Source: Octopus sinensis
Taxonomy: Eukaryota
Assembly: GCF_006345805.1 (NCBI RefSeq)
Contig: NC_043000.1
Coordinates: forward strand, 25,482,001 to 25,546,000
Length of the DNA: 64,000 nucleotides
Reading direction: 5' to 3'
Shown here: one piece after another, positions 11,703-24,385 of the stretch
Layout of the letters: each line of letters begins with the position of its first letter
Position numbering within the stretch: the first letter of the stretch is position 1
The notes under the pieces: model-generated
Database searches by the model: none
The model's input: only the letters and a program-made list of their open reading frames with translations
What the model was told of the DNA's origin: nothing
Position numbers and translations under genes: made by a program

Positions 11703-12530
11703 ATGTACATAGCATACACTTGTGTGCCATCGTTGTCACCATTTAATCACCCTGCTCCATGCTGGCACAGGTTGGACAATTAGGTAGATCTAACAGGCCC
11801 AAGGACTACATCCTGTCTACTTCGACAAAGTCTATGCAGTTGAATGGCCTTTCTGACACCAACCACTTTGTAGCATGTACTGGATATTATTTTGTTTTGT
11901 TTTTTGTGTCACCAGCACTTGTGGGGTTGCCAAGCAGCTTGCAAAACTATGTAATCCTTGTAACCAACGAAGTTGGTTACAAGGATTACAAGTGTTCCAG
12001 TTGGTTTGATCAACAGAACAAGCCTGCCCAGGAAATTAGCATGTAAATGGTTGAGGACTCCACAGACATGCATAACCTTAATCCTTTCATTACTGCATTT
12101 CTGTTGAGATGCTCTGTATTTCTTTCAATTACTTTAAATATAACAAAGAATTTAGCAAAATAACTTAGTTATCATTCAGTTAGGAACATGAAAGGTTTGG
12201 TGGAAGATTGTAATTCAAAACATATGAAAGCAAGACATTTGTAATCAGAGCCAGAAGTGGTTTCAGCCGGGTTGGTAACAAAAGGGTTAATGTAGTTCCC
12301 AGGAAGATTCAGCATGACACAGAATGTGACAAGGCTGACCCTTCAGAATTACAGGTATGGATTGTTTTCACTCCAGTACACACTGTAAAGTGAACAGCAT
12401 TAGGAAGAGGCAGTCAGTCATATAAACCAATCCAAAACAGACATTGGAGAATGTCTGTTTTGCAATCGACCAACCCATCAGATCCTATCCAACCATTCAA
12501 CCCATACTAGCATCAAAGATAGACATCAAA

Positions 12531-12566
<36 letters not shown>

Positions 12567-13026
12567 ATTTGTGCTGTCATAGTATATTTCTAAATACTTT
12601 GGAAAGTGGCTAAATAAGACAAACTCCTTTGACAACAGAATCAAGAATCTTCGCAAAATCAAAGACCACTGAAGCTTCGACAAATCTCATTAACATCACA
12701 GTAAATTCTATTTTTATTGAATTAACAGATCACTACCTTGGGCTTAATGCCAACAATGAGATAACACAATTTATGACAGCTTCATCAGACCACCAACAGA
12801 CCAAGGTTGCAAAAGAAGTGGGAAATTACTGTCGTGTTGCACCAAGGTTGTCTTATGTCAAACTTAATCTAAACAATCCGAATAATAATAATAATAATAA
12901 TGATGATAATAATAATAATGACTGACACTTCTTTTATATAGAGTGTTCATGAAATATATTGATGTGAATTTGCAGTGTTATTTACAAACGAAGCTACATT
13001 TAAATTCTCCAACTCTATGTAACTCT

Positions 13027-14370
13027 CATCATTATCATTTAACATCCGCTTTCCATGCTAGCATGGGTTGGACGATTTTGACTGAGGGCTGGCGAACCAG
13101 ATGGTTGCACCAGGCTCCAATCTTGATTTGGCAGAGTTTCTACAGCTGGATGCCCTTCCTAATGCCAACCACTCCGAGAGTGTAGTGGGTGCCAGTCAGG
13201 CAGTACTGGCAACGACCTCGCTTGAATCCTTTTACACATGCCACCAGCACAGGTGCCAGTAAGGTGACTTTGGTAACGATCACGCTCAAATGGTGCCCTT
13301 TTACGTGCCACTGGCAACAATCACACTTGGATGGTGCTCTTGGCACTCTACTAGCACGGGCACAAGTGCCAGTAAGGCGACGCTGGTAACGATCACGCCC
13401 GAATGGTGCCCTTTAAATGCCACAGACATGGAAGCCAGTTAGCCGCTCTGTCAATGATCACACTCGTATGATGTTCTTTGCACCCTGCCAGCACGAACGC
13501 CAGTCATCGATTTTGATTTGATTTTGCTTTGATTGATTTGATTTCACTTGCCTCAACAGGTCTTCGCAAGCAGAGTTTTAGTGACCAAAGAAGGAAAAGG
13601 TTATGCATAAGTGGGCTGGTTACGCCCCTGGCATAGGCCATGAGATTATGGTTTCATTTGGGTTGCCAGGTCTTCTCACGCACGGCATATTTCCAAAGGT
13701 CTCGGTCACTAGTCATTTCCTTGGTAAGGCCTAAAGTTCGAAGGTTGTGCTTTACCACCTCATCCCAGGTCTTCCTGGGTCTACTTCTTCCACAGGTTCC
13801 CTCAACCGCTAGGCTGTGGCACTTTTTCACACAGCTGTCCTCATCCATTCTCGCCACATGACCATACCAGTGCAGTCGTCTCTCTTGCACACCACATCTG
13901 ATGCTTCTTACGTCCAACTTTTCTCTCAAGGTACTTACACTCAGTCAAGTATGCACACTGACATTACACATCCATAGGATCATACTGGCTTCATTCCCTG
14001 CAAGCTTACGTCTGTCCTCAGCAGTCACAGCCCATGTTTCACTGCCATATAGCATGGCTGTTCATACACAAGCATCATACAGTCCACCTTTCACTCTGAG
14101 TAAGAGGCCCTTTGTCACCAACAGAGGTAAGAGCTCTCTGAACTTTGCCCAAGCTCTTCTTATTCTAGCAGCTACACTTTCAGAGCACCCACCTCCGCTA
14201 CTGACTCAGTCACCTAGGTAACGGAAGCTATCAGCTACTTCTAGTTTTTCTCCCTGGAATGTGGCGGAAGTTGGTCTCTGCACATTTTCAGTGTTTATTC
14301 CTCCCAAGCATACAAAAACTTTCTTCCCAGTTAGCCTCCCTTTGATATTACTGCACCTCTTATGTGTCCG
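13027..14370 (-). mobile_element. 5'-truncated RTE LINE, frameshifted
   Basis: ORF pieces RRLHWYGHVARMD...RPRKTWDEVV...KTWQPK*; truncated within the PHD (WTHKRC); same 3'UTR family and tail. Confidence 0.9.
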
Positions 14371-15082
14371 TTGATTCAACACAGCAAGTCAGATATTCTT
14401 TATTTCAATGCCAAATCAATGTCCTTCCAATGCAATGGTTCCCTACAACCACCACCATCATCATCATCATCATCATCAACCAAATTAAATACCGAAATTC
14501 TCTGCCTCTTGTCCTCTTTACCAAAGTCTGCATCTATACAAGTTGTCCTTTGCCATAGTAATGGACAGGGTTCAAATGTTTTATAATTTTATGGCAAATC
14601 ATCCATCCCTTTTTCAATCCACACAGACCCATATAAGAAACACAATCCTTATGGGCCTCTTAATTCTTTAGATACCAACCAATCAGAAGCCATCCTTGGT
14701 TCTATGATATGAACTTTCTATTTAAAATCATCTGAATTAAAATATTTCACCACAGTTTCATGTTGTTTCAAACCATCAGCTTAATAATGCTTAAGTTATT
14801 TTATTAAATTCCTCATATTTTAAAAATTAATTAACACAAAAGCAGTGTTTCAACAGTGTCTTACAATCATCATCATCGTTGTTTTCCAGGCTTGCATGGG
14901 TCAGATGGAATTTGCTCAGGTGGGTATTCTATGTCCAGGTACCCATCATGTTACCAACCCTTGTTTCTAAGCAAGGTAATATCTCTTCCCGTGACCGGAC
15001 ATGTTTTCACGGAAGATTGGAAACAAAAGACACTGCTTGCATGACACTGATACTTGTATACAGCTATCAGGCAAAGCCAAGG

Positions 15083-15190
15083 CATTCACCAGATTTAGCA
15101 CCTTCAGACTATCATCACTTCGGCCCCATGAAAGAGGGTTTGAGAGGCAAACATTATTCCAGTGACGGGGAAGTGAAAACTGTAGTGAAG
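15083..15190 (+). mobile_element. mariner transposase C-terminal fragment
   Basis: HSPDLAPSDYHHFGPMKEGLRGKHY matches the mariner YSPDLAPxD motif. Confidence 0.85.
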
Positions 15191-15548
15191 TTTTCACTTG
15201 TTTCAGTCATTTGAGCAAATCGACCCCAGGACTTATTCTTTGTAAGCCTAGTACTTATTCTATCGGTCTCTTTTGCCGAACTGCTATGTTATGGGGATGT
15301 AAACACACCAGCATCAGTTGTCAAGCGATGTTGGGGGGGGGGACAAACACAGAGACACACACACACACACATATATATATACATATATACAACGGGCTTC
15401 TTTCAGTTTCCGTCTACCAGATCCACTCGCAAAGCTTTGGTCAGCCCGAGGCTATAGTAGAAGACACATGCCCAAGGTGCCACGCAGTGGGAATGAACCC
15501 AGAACCATATGGTTGGTAAGCAAGCTACTTACCACACAGCCACTCCTA
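15191..15548 (-). mobile_element. SINE family A copy
   Basis: Reverse complement of the 21.9-kb element. Confidence 0.85.
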
Positions 15549-16072
15549 TTATTTAATTTTTTCTAAAAATGCCTGTTTCAAAGTTTGTATTTAAGATTTA
15601 CAGCTTTTTGTGTTACCAAATTTGTAGGAATATTACATTGGTTCTTTAATAAATATAAACAACAATGGCTGTTGCACTCAGGGGTCATTGAAATGGTTTT
15701 GGGAACTCTGAAATTTTTACCTATTGTTAAAGTAGTTTACTTTTGGTAGTTGGATGCCTCATTTGAAGGAATGTAATTAAATAATTTAAACATTCCTTAA
15801 TCCATCACCTAGATTAACACCACTACTACCACCGGACACGTTGGTGCTTTTATTGGATTCCTTTCTGTTACAAGTATTTAGAGCAGGTCCCTGGTTTAAA
15901 GATACCTTCCTTCCTCTCACCAGTGTCAGAAAACCTATAAAGGGTCATGAGCAATGTCTTCTCCTTTGACTAAACAACAACAAAAAACAAGAGAATTACA
16001 ACTATGATCATGTCATTTTGAAAAACCTAGTGTACCAAGGACTACCTCTATGCAATGTGTCCTCAAAATAAG

Positions 16073-16335
16073 TTTGAATGAGATTTGGCTGTTGTTCCTA
16101 GTAAACCAAATAGCCACACAGAGGATCTCTTATTGGCCTGTAAGGTTTCCTATACTAGGAGTAGGAAAATGGAGATCCAACAGCTATACAAAGGAAAATG
16201 GATAAAGGTTGAATGAGATTTGGCTGTTGTTTCTAGTAAACCAAATGGCCACACAGAAGCTTCCTTATTGGCTTTCAAGAATTAAGGGTGATATCACGGA
16301 GTAGGAAAATGTGTTGCAACCGCATTGCAAAGGGA
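16073..16335. repeat. Diverged ~135-bp tandem duplication
   Basis: TTGAATGAGATTTGGCTGTTG...GGAGTAGGAAAATG occurs twice. Confidence 0.75.
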
Positions 16336-17343
16336 AAAAAAAGAAGAAATTTCCAGCAAAGGAAAGTCAATATGTCTGAGTAGAAAAATAAACCATAAAA
16401 ACTTATGAATAAAGTTGGGGGGGGAGGCAATAAATTTAGTAATTGTCTGAAGAAGTGTGAGCAAAGTTATAAAGGTTAAGAATCAACGATAAAACGGTAC
16501 CACTTCAACCACTGACTGACAAATTGCTATTTATAGTCGCAGCTGTATTAGGTAGACCTGTCTGGGTCTGCTTCGCCAAAAGACAAGCAGCAAACTCACC
16601 GAGACTTTGGTTGGTACTAGAAAAAGTATAATCAAGATCATCATTTAGGGGCTAATGTAGTTTTTGCACCTCTCCTTGAAAAATGCAGTTTTTTGAAAAA
16701 AATTTTTTCGGATCCCTACGCTTTAGATGTCGGAGATTACGAAAAAAAAAAAAAATTACCACCCCCACTCCCCACCCCTTAAAATTTTGAACATTTTCAA
16801 AATTTTTTTCCCCCATGTTTTAGAGGATGGAGATTCCAAAAATGCAAGAAACCACGTTTTCAAAATTTTTAATTCAATAAGCATATAGATAGGTGTATAA
16901 AGAGATAGATAGATCTGTCTTCCTGGGGCTAAAAACAACAGTAACACCATCTTCTATAGGACCGCCACGTTTCGTTGACAAATATATTTTATGAATAAAC
17001 GGACAGGGATAAATAGATAGACAGACAAATAATTAAATGAATGAAAAAGGTCAAAATTTTAAATTGGCGTGGGGCTGAATTTTGAGCCCCTTATTAAATT
17101 TCATAACATTATTAAACATTAACGTTTGTTTCTCATAAAATGGCGCATATTTAATTTACATTAAATTATTATTTACGATTATAAACACAAGTAAAATGCT
17201 AATTCTTTTCACTTTAATGTTTTTTGTCTGTATTTAATTTCGATTTGCAATATGTTAGTCAATTCGCTACGATTTCTTTAACCCTTTAGTGTTCAGATTA
17301 TTCAATCAAACATAATGCTTATTGATTCCCATTGATTTGAATT

Positions 17344-19009
17344 CATCATCATCATCATCATCGTTTAACGTCCGTTCTCCATGCTAGCATGGGTTGGACG
17401 GTTCGACCAGGGTTCTCGGAAGCCAGAAGGCTGCACCAGGCTCCAGTCTAATCTGGCAATGTTTCTACAGCTGGATGCCCTTCCTAACGCCAACCACTCC
17501 GTGAGTGTAGTGGGTGCTTTTTACGTGCCACCTGCACAGGTGCCAGGCGGGGCTGGCAACGGCCACGGTCAGATTGGTGTATTTTATGTGCCACCGGCAC
17601 GGAAGCCAGTCGAGGCGGTGCTGGCATCGGCCACGAGTCGGATAGTGCTTTTTACGTACCACCAGACCAGGGATCCTGGCTGGTTCAATTCGATTTCGAT
17701 TTCGCTTGCCCCAACATGTCTTCACAAGCAAAGGGGGTTGGCATGGGTGCCTGTCGTACGGTCGCATTGGAGTAATTACGTGCCACGGCCGCGAGTCGGA
17801 TAGTGCTTTTTACGTACCACCAGACCAGGGATCCTGGCTGGTTCAATTCGATTTCGATTTCGCTTGCCCCAACATGTCTTCGCAAGCATGGGGGGTTGGC
17901 ATGGGTGTCTGTCGTCGGATGAGGTTCTATATCGACTTCGCTTGCCTCAACCGGTCTTTGTGTCCAAGGGAGGAAAGGCATTCATAAGTGGGCTGGGCTC
18001 ACTTGTCCTGCCTGGTCTTCTCACGTACAGAATATTTCCAAAGGTCTCGGTCGCTGGTCATTTCCTCAGTGAGGCCTAAAGTTCAAAGGTCGTGCTTCAC
18101 CACCTCGTCCCAGGTTTTCCTGGGTCTACCTCTTCCACGGGTTCCCTCAACTGCTAGGGATTGGCACTTTCTCACACACCCATCTTCATCCATTCTCGCC
18201 ACATGACCATACCAGCGCAATCGTCTCTCTTGCACACCACAACTGATGCTTCTTAGGTACAACATTTCTCTCAAGGTGCTAACGCTCTGTCGAGTATGTA
18301 CACTGACATTACACATCCATCGGAGCATACTAGCTTCATTCCTCACGAGCTTACGCATGTCCTCAGCAGTCACGGCCCATGTTTCGCTGCCATGTAGCAT
18401 GGCTGTTCGTACACACGCATCATACAGTCTGCCTTTTACTCTGAGCGAGAGGCCTTTAGTCACCAGCAGAGGTAAGAGCTCCCTAAACTTTGCCCAGGCT
18501 ATTCTTATTCTAGCAGTTACACTTTCAGCGCACCCACCCCCACTACTGACTTGGTCACCTAGATAACGGAAGCTATCAACTACTTCTAGTTTTTCCCCCT
18601 GGAAAGTGACGGAAGTTGTTTTCTGCAGATTTTCGGAGGTTAATGCTCCCGAGCATCTGCCACATACAAAAACTATCTTCCCAGTTAGCCTACCTTTGAC
18701 ATTGCTGCACCTCTTATGTGTCCATAGCTTACACTGGGTACATCTTATAGAGTTTCTACCTACACCTTTTCTACAGATCGAGCAGGGCCATCTTCCTGAA
18801 GATATTTGTGGATTGTCTACCTTTCTACTTATTAGTACTTTGGTTTTAGCTAGGTTGACTCTAAGGCCCCTTGATTCTAAACCCTCCTTCCACACCTGGA
18901 ACTTCTCCTCCAGTTCTGATAGTGACTCAGCAATAAGAGCAAGGTCGTCAGCGTAGAGGAGCTCCCAGGGACAGCCTGTCTTGAATTCCTCCGTAATTGC
19001 CTGGATCAT
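17344..19009 (-). mobile_element. 5'-truncated RTE-clade LINE (RT C-terminal half, PHD finger, full 3'UTR, (GAT)n tail)
   Basis: LLYADD RT motif (18944-18955), FRYLG, RRLRWYGHV...RGRGRPRKTW C-terminus typical of RTE. The 3'UTR runs into the abundant AGGAAGGGCATCCAGCTGTAGAAAC...GATGATGAT repeat. Confidence 0.92.
17999..19009 (-). pseudogene. RTE reverse-transcriptase ORF remnant with one nonsense mutation
   Basis: The frame continues past the TGA at 18083-18085 (CGA in the 13.7-kb copy: HNLRTLGLT) to the native stop at 17999-18001 (EKTRQDK*). Confidence 0.85.
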
Positions 19010-19923
19010 GCATTATCTCAAGATCTTGATGGTGTAATTTCTTAATGTAGAATAACATTGTAGGGTAGGTGTGAGAGGCTGGATCTGGTCAGTTTGAACA
19101 TAAAACAGATTAGCTATTTTGGCCGGATATGGCCGGTTTAAATACTAAAGGGTTAAGGTAAGCAAAATCGAAAATTTGAATTGTAGGGTGGGGGGTGAAA
19201 TTTTAAAACAAAATTTTTTGCATATTCGTAATCCCCGACATTTAAAACATAGGGATCTGAAAAAATTTTTCAAACAAATGCATTTTTCAAGGGAAGATGC
19301 AAAAACTGCATTAGCTCCCATCGTTTAACATCGGTCTTGGATTGTTCAGTTTGATGAGAACCAACAAGCCAGATCACTGCACCAAGTGCCAATGTCAACT
19401 TTGGCATGGATTCGACAATAGGATGTCCTTCATAATACCAACCATTGCCTGAATGTGGTGGGTGCTTTTTACATGGCACCAGCATTATGTCCACCAAGTG
19501 ACTCACAAGGTAAGGAAAAGACCCCCCACCACCACCACCTCGAGGTGGATTTATACCAGGTGGTGAGAGACCAAAGTATGACTGAGGGACAGGCAAAGGT
19601 GTTTTGCTATTGAGGAGATACATGGCTACCCTGAATAACATAGAAGTGGGTGGGAGCACCTGGAAAGAAGACAAAGATGGTGGTGACCTGGAATGCTAAA
19701 ATCCACCTCTTGTCACAAGATTCAATTTAAGAAATCATCCTCATCGTCGTCAATGCTGGCATGGGTTGGACGGTTTGACAGGTGCTGGCAAATTGGAGAA
19801 CTATGACAGACCCCAATTATCTCTTCCAGCATGGTTTCTGATGCCAGCCAATTTACAGAGTGTACTGGGTGCTTTTTATGTGGCACCAGCATGTGGATTT
19901 TTTTATGCGGTACCAACACTCAC

Positions 19924-19963
<40 letters not shown>

Positions 19964-21173
19964 CAAACATAAGCATGTGTGTGTATGTGTGAGAGACAGA
20001 GACAGACACACACACACATAATAAAATCATAAACTACAAACTTGAAAACCATTTAAATGTTATGTCCATGCTCCAGCCAGCACAGAAACAATATATATTT
20101 CATACTTCAACAACTTATCTGTAACCAGAGAGCTCTTATCATATAAACAAACGACTACATATAACTGTTGCAAAACACTTGACAGATAACTTTTATTAAC
20201 CAAATCTCAACTATTTCTAACTAGTGACATTAATACAACCAAACAAGTGAGCAACACCTGTTTAAGGACACAATTTATAAACAGATATTTTTGTTGGCAA
20301 CTCAGGTACTCAGGTAGCACTGGTTTCAAAGAGAAAAAGAAACATTATTTCCAAAGTATTGATGGAATAAAGTCAGACTCTATAACAAAGCAAATATCAC
20401 ATTGCGGTGATTTAAAAAAATACTGGGTCGTTTTTGAAGTAGGACTAACAGTTTTTAGCCCAGATGGAAGAAAAACTTTTATCTGTATTGGCAGCTTGAT
20501 AAGCGCTTAATTAATGTAACTAGGTAAAGGTGACTGACATCCTTGAAAGAGAATCAATCACCTCAAAAGGACAAAGTGTAAGTAGGTGGATTAAATGAGG
20601 GGAGGGGTTCATCATCGGGCAATGTGCTGTGCTTGAGGAAACCTGTTGAGTCAAGCGAAATTGTTGTCTTGGCCAATACCAGTGCTCAAGGCAGCACAAA
20701 TGTAAACAAATGCATGTAAACATGCATATATACACACATATGCATATACACAATAGACTCCTTTAATTGTCTATCAATCAAAACCACCTGCTAGGCTTCA
20801 GTCAACCCAGGGCTTTAGTAAAAGGTACTTGCCCATAGTGCTGTGCAGTGGGACTGAACCTGAAATCATGTGCTTTGTAAGGGAACTTCTAAGCTTCACA
20901 GCCATGCAAGCTTCTTGTTTCCTCCTAATATAAACAAAACACAAAACCTGGCAGACATGCAATGTGAAGGCGCGCTTTTGATGCAGCTCTGAAGAAGTAC
21001 CACTCTAATATTTAAACCTACAAATATTATGCAAATTTTCACTCAGATCTATTGTGTGAACTGGCGCTAAAAACATATTTGGTACAGAAACAATTGTAAT
21101 TGGTAATTACAGATGTGATAAATTTTTTTTTTTGGTCTTCTTATATATTTTACACACGCATGTACATTCAGGT

Positions 21174-21467
21174 TGAGGAATTAGGCTACTACAGGCATAT
21201 GGCGTAGTGGTTAAGAGCGCAGGCTACTAACCCCAAGATTCTGAGTTCGAATCCAGGCAGTGACCTGAATAATAATAATAATAATAATAACAACAACATC
21301 GAAAAATACCTTAGGAAGAACCCAGGTTCGAAATTTCCCCAAGACACCTGATGAAGGCTGGAGGGTATATCAGCAGAAACGTTGTGTTAACAACAAACAA
21401 GATGAGGACAAATATCTGTCAAATGTAAATATTGTACATAATTCCTCATCTCTTAAATATAGAACTG
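21174..21467 (+). mobile_element. tRNA-headed SINE-like element with hammerhead-like core, forward copy
   Basis: A box TGGCGTAGTGG, B box GTTCGAATCC, (AAT)n spacer, then GACAC-CTGATGA-AGGCTG...CAGCA-GAAAC-GTT-GTGTT and a unique tail. A 10-nt inverted tail piece (21174-21183 vs 21439-21448) sits at the 5' end. Confidence 0.75.
21343..21388 (+). ncRNA. Type I hammerhead-ribozyme-like motif
   Basis: Stem I GACAC/GTGTT, core CUGAUGA, stem II GGCUG/CAGC(A), GAAAC-GUU. One extra A after the core; the stem-II closing C is A in this copy; stem III is only the palindrome ACGU. Confidence 0.45.
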
Positions 21468-21887
21468 AAGTGGTTCAAACTATAATAATTTTAAATGATC
21501 CATTAGCTTATGCCAATAAGGAAGCTTTGATGTCACGGTAACTCAACCTGTTAGAAATAGCAATCAAATATGTCAAATCACACTACCCCTTTTTAAAAAT
21601 TTAGGATATGTTGGCAAATGCTCGAAAGAAAAATAACAGGCAGATGGTCACGATTGGAATTCCTTAGATCATAGAGCCGCTTCATCAAGTGTAGCTAGAG
21701 TTGCACAAGGACCTAACACTAACTTTAGAGAAAACATAAAATACTGGAATTATACCCGATGAACAGTTTTTAAAAAAAGAAAAAAGCTTGGTGCAACAAT
21801 ATAGGCCCATGGGTAGGGAAATGTTAAAATATGAGGACCCATACTGGTAGAAAAACAAATACAAATATAATACTGAAAAGATATACG

Positions 21888-22048
21888 CATAGGAGTGGCT
21901 GTGTGGTAAGTAGCTTGCTTACCAACCACATTGGTTCCGAGTTCAGTCCCACTGCGTGGCACCTTGGGCAAGTGTCTTCTACTATAGCCTTGGGCCGACC
22001 AAAGCCTTGTGAGTGGATTTGGTAGACGGAAACTGAAAGAAGCCCGTC

Positions 22049-22082
<34 letters not shown>

Positions 22083-22286
22083 ATGTTTGTGTGCCTGTGT
22101 TTGTTCCCCAACATCGCTTGACAACCGATGCTGGTGTGTTTACGTCCCCGTAACTTAGCGGTTCGGCAAAAGAAACCAATAGAATAAGTACTAGGCTTAC
22201 AAAGGATAAGTCCTGGAGTCGATTTGCTCGACTAAAGGCGGTGCTCCAGCATGGCCACAGTCACATGACTGAAACAAGTAAAAGAG
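21888..22286 (+). mobile_element. tRNA-headed SINE family A with internal (TA)/(TG) microsatellite
   Basis: GGAGTGGCTGTGTGGTAAG...GTTCAGTCCC head, TTGGGCAAGTGTCTTCTACTATAGCC body, TGACTGAAACAAGTAAAAGAG tail. Confidence 0.85.
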
Positions 22287-22764
22287 GAGAGTAACACCTC
22301 AAAAGCTATGACAATCATTTCGTTTGAAATTTAATTCAGGGGAGATAACTTAAACGAAATGGAGGAGTTATCTCTCTTGAATTCTGCTGTAAACGTCAGA
22401 CTGAGGGAATCAATCTTCAATAATGTTATCACAATGCACGCAACACTATTACCAGCAAATAAGGCGCCCTAGAACGGAAATATAAGACAGCATAAATTCT
22501 TTCAATGCTTGTTATTTTCCAGAATGTGGATAGATATTTATATATTCCAACACTAGAAAGGAACTCAGCCACTTTGCCTCCCTGAGGCCCAAGTCCTTTG
22601 TATTGAAGGCACAAGGCCTGAAATTTTAGGAGCGGTACTTAATTTATTGATCTCGAAAGGATGAAAGTTGACCTCAATGGAATTTGAACTCAGAACGTAA
22701 AGATGGACAAAGTATCACTAAGCATTTTATTCAACATGTTAATGATTTTGCCAGCTTACTGACC

Positions 22765-22822
<58 letters not shown>

Positions 22823-22877
22823 TAATAATAATGATAATAATAATAATAATAATAATGATAATAATAATAATAATAAT

Positions 22878-23659
22878 AGTAGTGGGGGAGCATCATGGCC
22901 ATGTGTTAAGAGGGATTCTTTGGAGTTTGAATGGTTCACCTCTGGAAACATAGGTGTTTCGTTCAACATCCTAAAGCAACCCTTATTCAGGGACCTTTTG
23001 AGCAGGATGGGCTACTCAACCTGAAGAAAATTCTAACTGGGCCTCACCTGCAAGGTCATGTGCTGTTTATCTTGATATGAGATCACCATGTCGCGCACAT
23101 ATGGTTGTGATGCATGTGCCTGGTGTACCTTTATCAGACGGGTAGTCATGATGGGTATATTGGGCTTCGTATATTTTACCCCAGTGTCACTTTGATGGCA
23201 TGAACTGCTCTCTCACTCAATAATAATAATAATAATAATAATAAATAATAATAATAATAAATAATAATAATAATAATAATAATGATAATAATAATGATAA
23301 TAATAATAATAATAATAGTAGTGGGGGAGCATCATGGCCATGTGTTAAGAGGGATTCTTTGGAGTTTGAATGGTTCACCTCTGGAAACATAGGGGTTTCG
23401 TTCAACATCCTAAAGCAACCCTTATTCAGGGACCTTTTGAGCAGGATGGGCTACTCAACCTGAAGAAAATTCTAACTGGGCCTCACCTGCAAGGTCATGT
23501 GCTGTTTATCTTGATATGAGATCACCATGTCGCGCACATATGGTTGTGATGCATGTGCCTGGTGTACCTTTATCAGACGGGTAGTCATGATGGGTATATT
23601 GGGCTTCGTATATTTTACCCCAGTGTCACTTTGATGGCATGAACTGCTCTCTCACTCAA
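22878..23659 (+). repeat. Tandem duplication of a 343-bp unit separated and flanked by (AAT)n
   Basis: 22878-23220 vs 23317-23659; one substitution seen by eye. Confidence 0.92.
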
Positions 23660-24010
23660 TAATAATAATAATAATAATAATAATATAAATACAAACATTA
23701 AGTGTTTATCACGTATAGCCCCAAAAGAACTTAGGTGACACATGGATCAAAGTTCCTAATATTTGAAATTTATAATAAAAAAAAAATTACCAATTCTGTA
23801 AATTATGATGTTCCTGTTTATTCAATTTCAATGAACTTCTTCAAGATATCTTGGCCGATCATGCCCCTTTCTTTGTGATTTGACATACAAGCCGAAATAA
23901 TATCGAAGTCGTTTGATAGACATATTAGTCATTAATTCTAAAAAGTTATTATTTTTTTGATAAAACCTGAACCCAGATTATTTTAAATCTTAAGCATTAT
24001 TTGTAGTATT

Positions 24011-24385
24011 GGATCTCTTCCTTTTGAATGGCACTTTGTAACATAATTTCTAGGTAACTAAAAAGTTTTAAACTTCATATACTGGTAGAATGTGTTTATA
24101 AAACATCTTTTTCTCTTGGCTTTATTGAGAAAATTCTATATGTTGTAACATATTTCATCTTTAATTTCGGCAATTTTAACCAATCACTGGCGTCCATTTA
24201 GGTAAATAACATTCTGTGCATAATGAATATGTCCCTCCTTTAAGAAACAGATTGGGTTTATTTACATTTGTGAAGAAAAAAGATACCCTTTCCCAACCCC
24301 TAACCCTAACTCTAACCCTAAATCTAAAATAGATTGAAATGCAATAGATCGATACTAGGGCCATAATTATGGGTGACATTTTCAT
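24011..24385. mobile_element. hAT-type MITE, same family, degenerate
   Basis: GGATCTCTTCCTTTTGAATGGCA start; (CCCTAA)-like tract at ~24296-24325. Confidence 0.75.

Larger units (their letters stand above)
17282..19152. mobile_element. piggyBac-like MITE split by the RTE insertion
   Basis: TTAA|CCCTTTAG ... CTAAAGGG|TTAA; halves 17282-17343 and ~19007-19152 rejoin to the sequence seen at 37104-37466. Confidence 0.82.
16648..19318. mobile_element. Mutator-like foldback element (~155-bp TIRs, 9-bp TSD) carrying nested insertions
   Basis: Arms ~16648-16805 and ~19160-19318 are diverged inverted copies; flanks CATCATTTA (16639-16647) and CATCGTTTA (19319-19327). Confidence 0.7.

Noticed and set aside
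12629-12925. 98-aa ORF ending in (AAT)n; also the ORFs at 20247-20510 and 7483-7755
   Set aside because: No recognisable domain, splice context or similarity.
21193-21265. Possible tRNA gene (also the heads at ~25330, 26322 and 5737)
   Set aside because: A and B boxes are present but the acceptor and anticodon stems do not pair, and the sequence continues into a repeat body; SINE heads.
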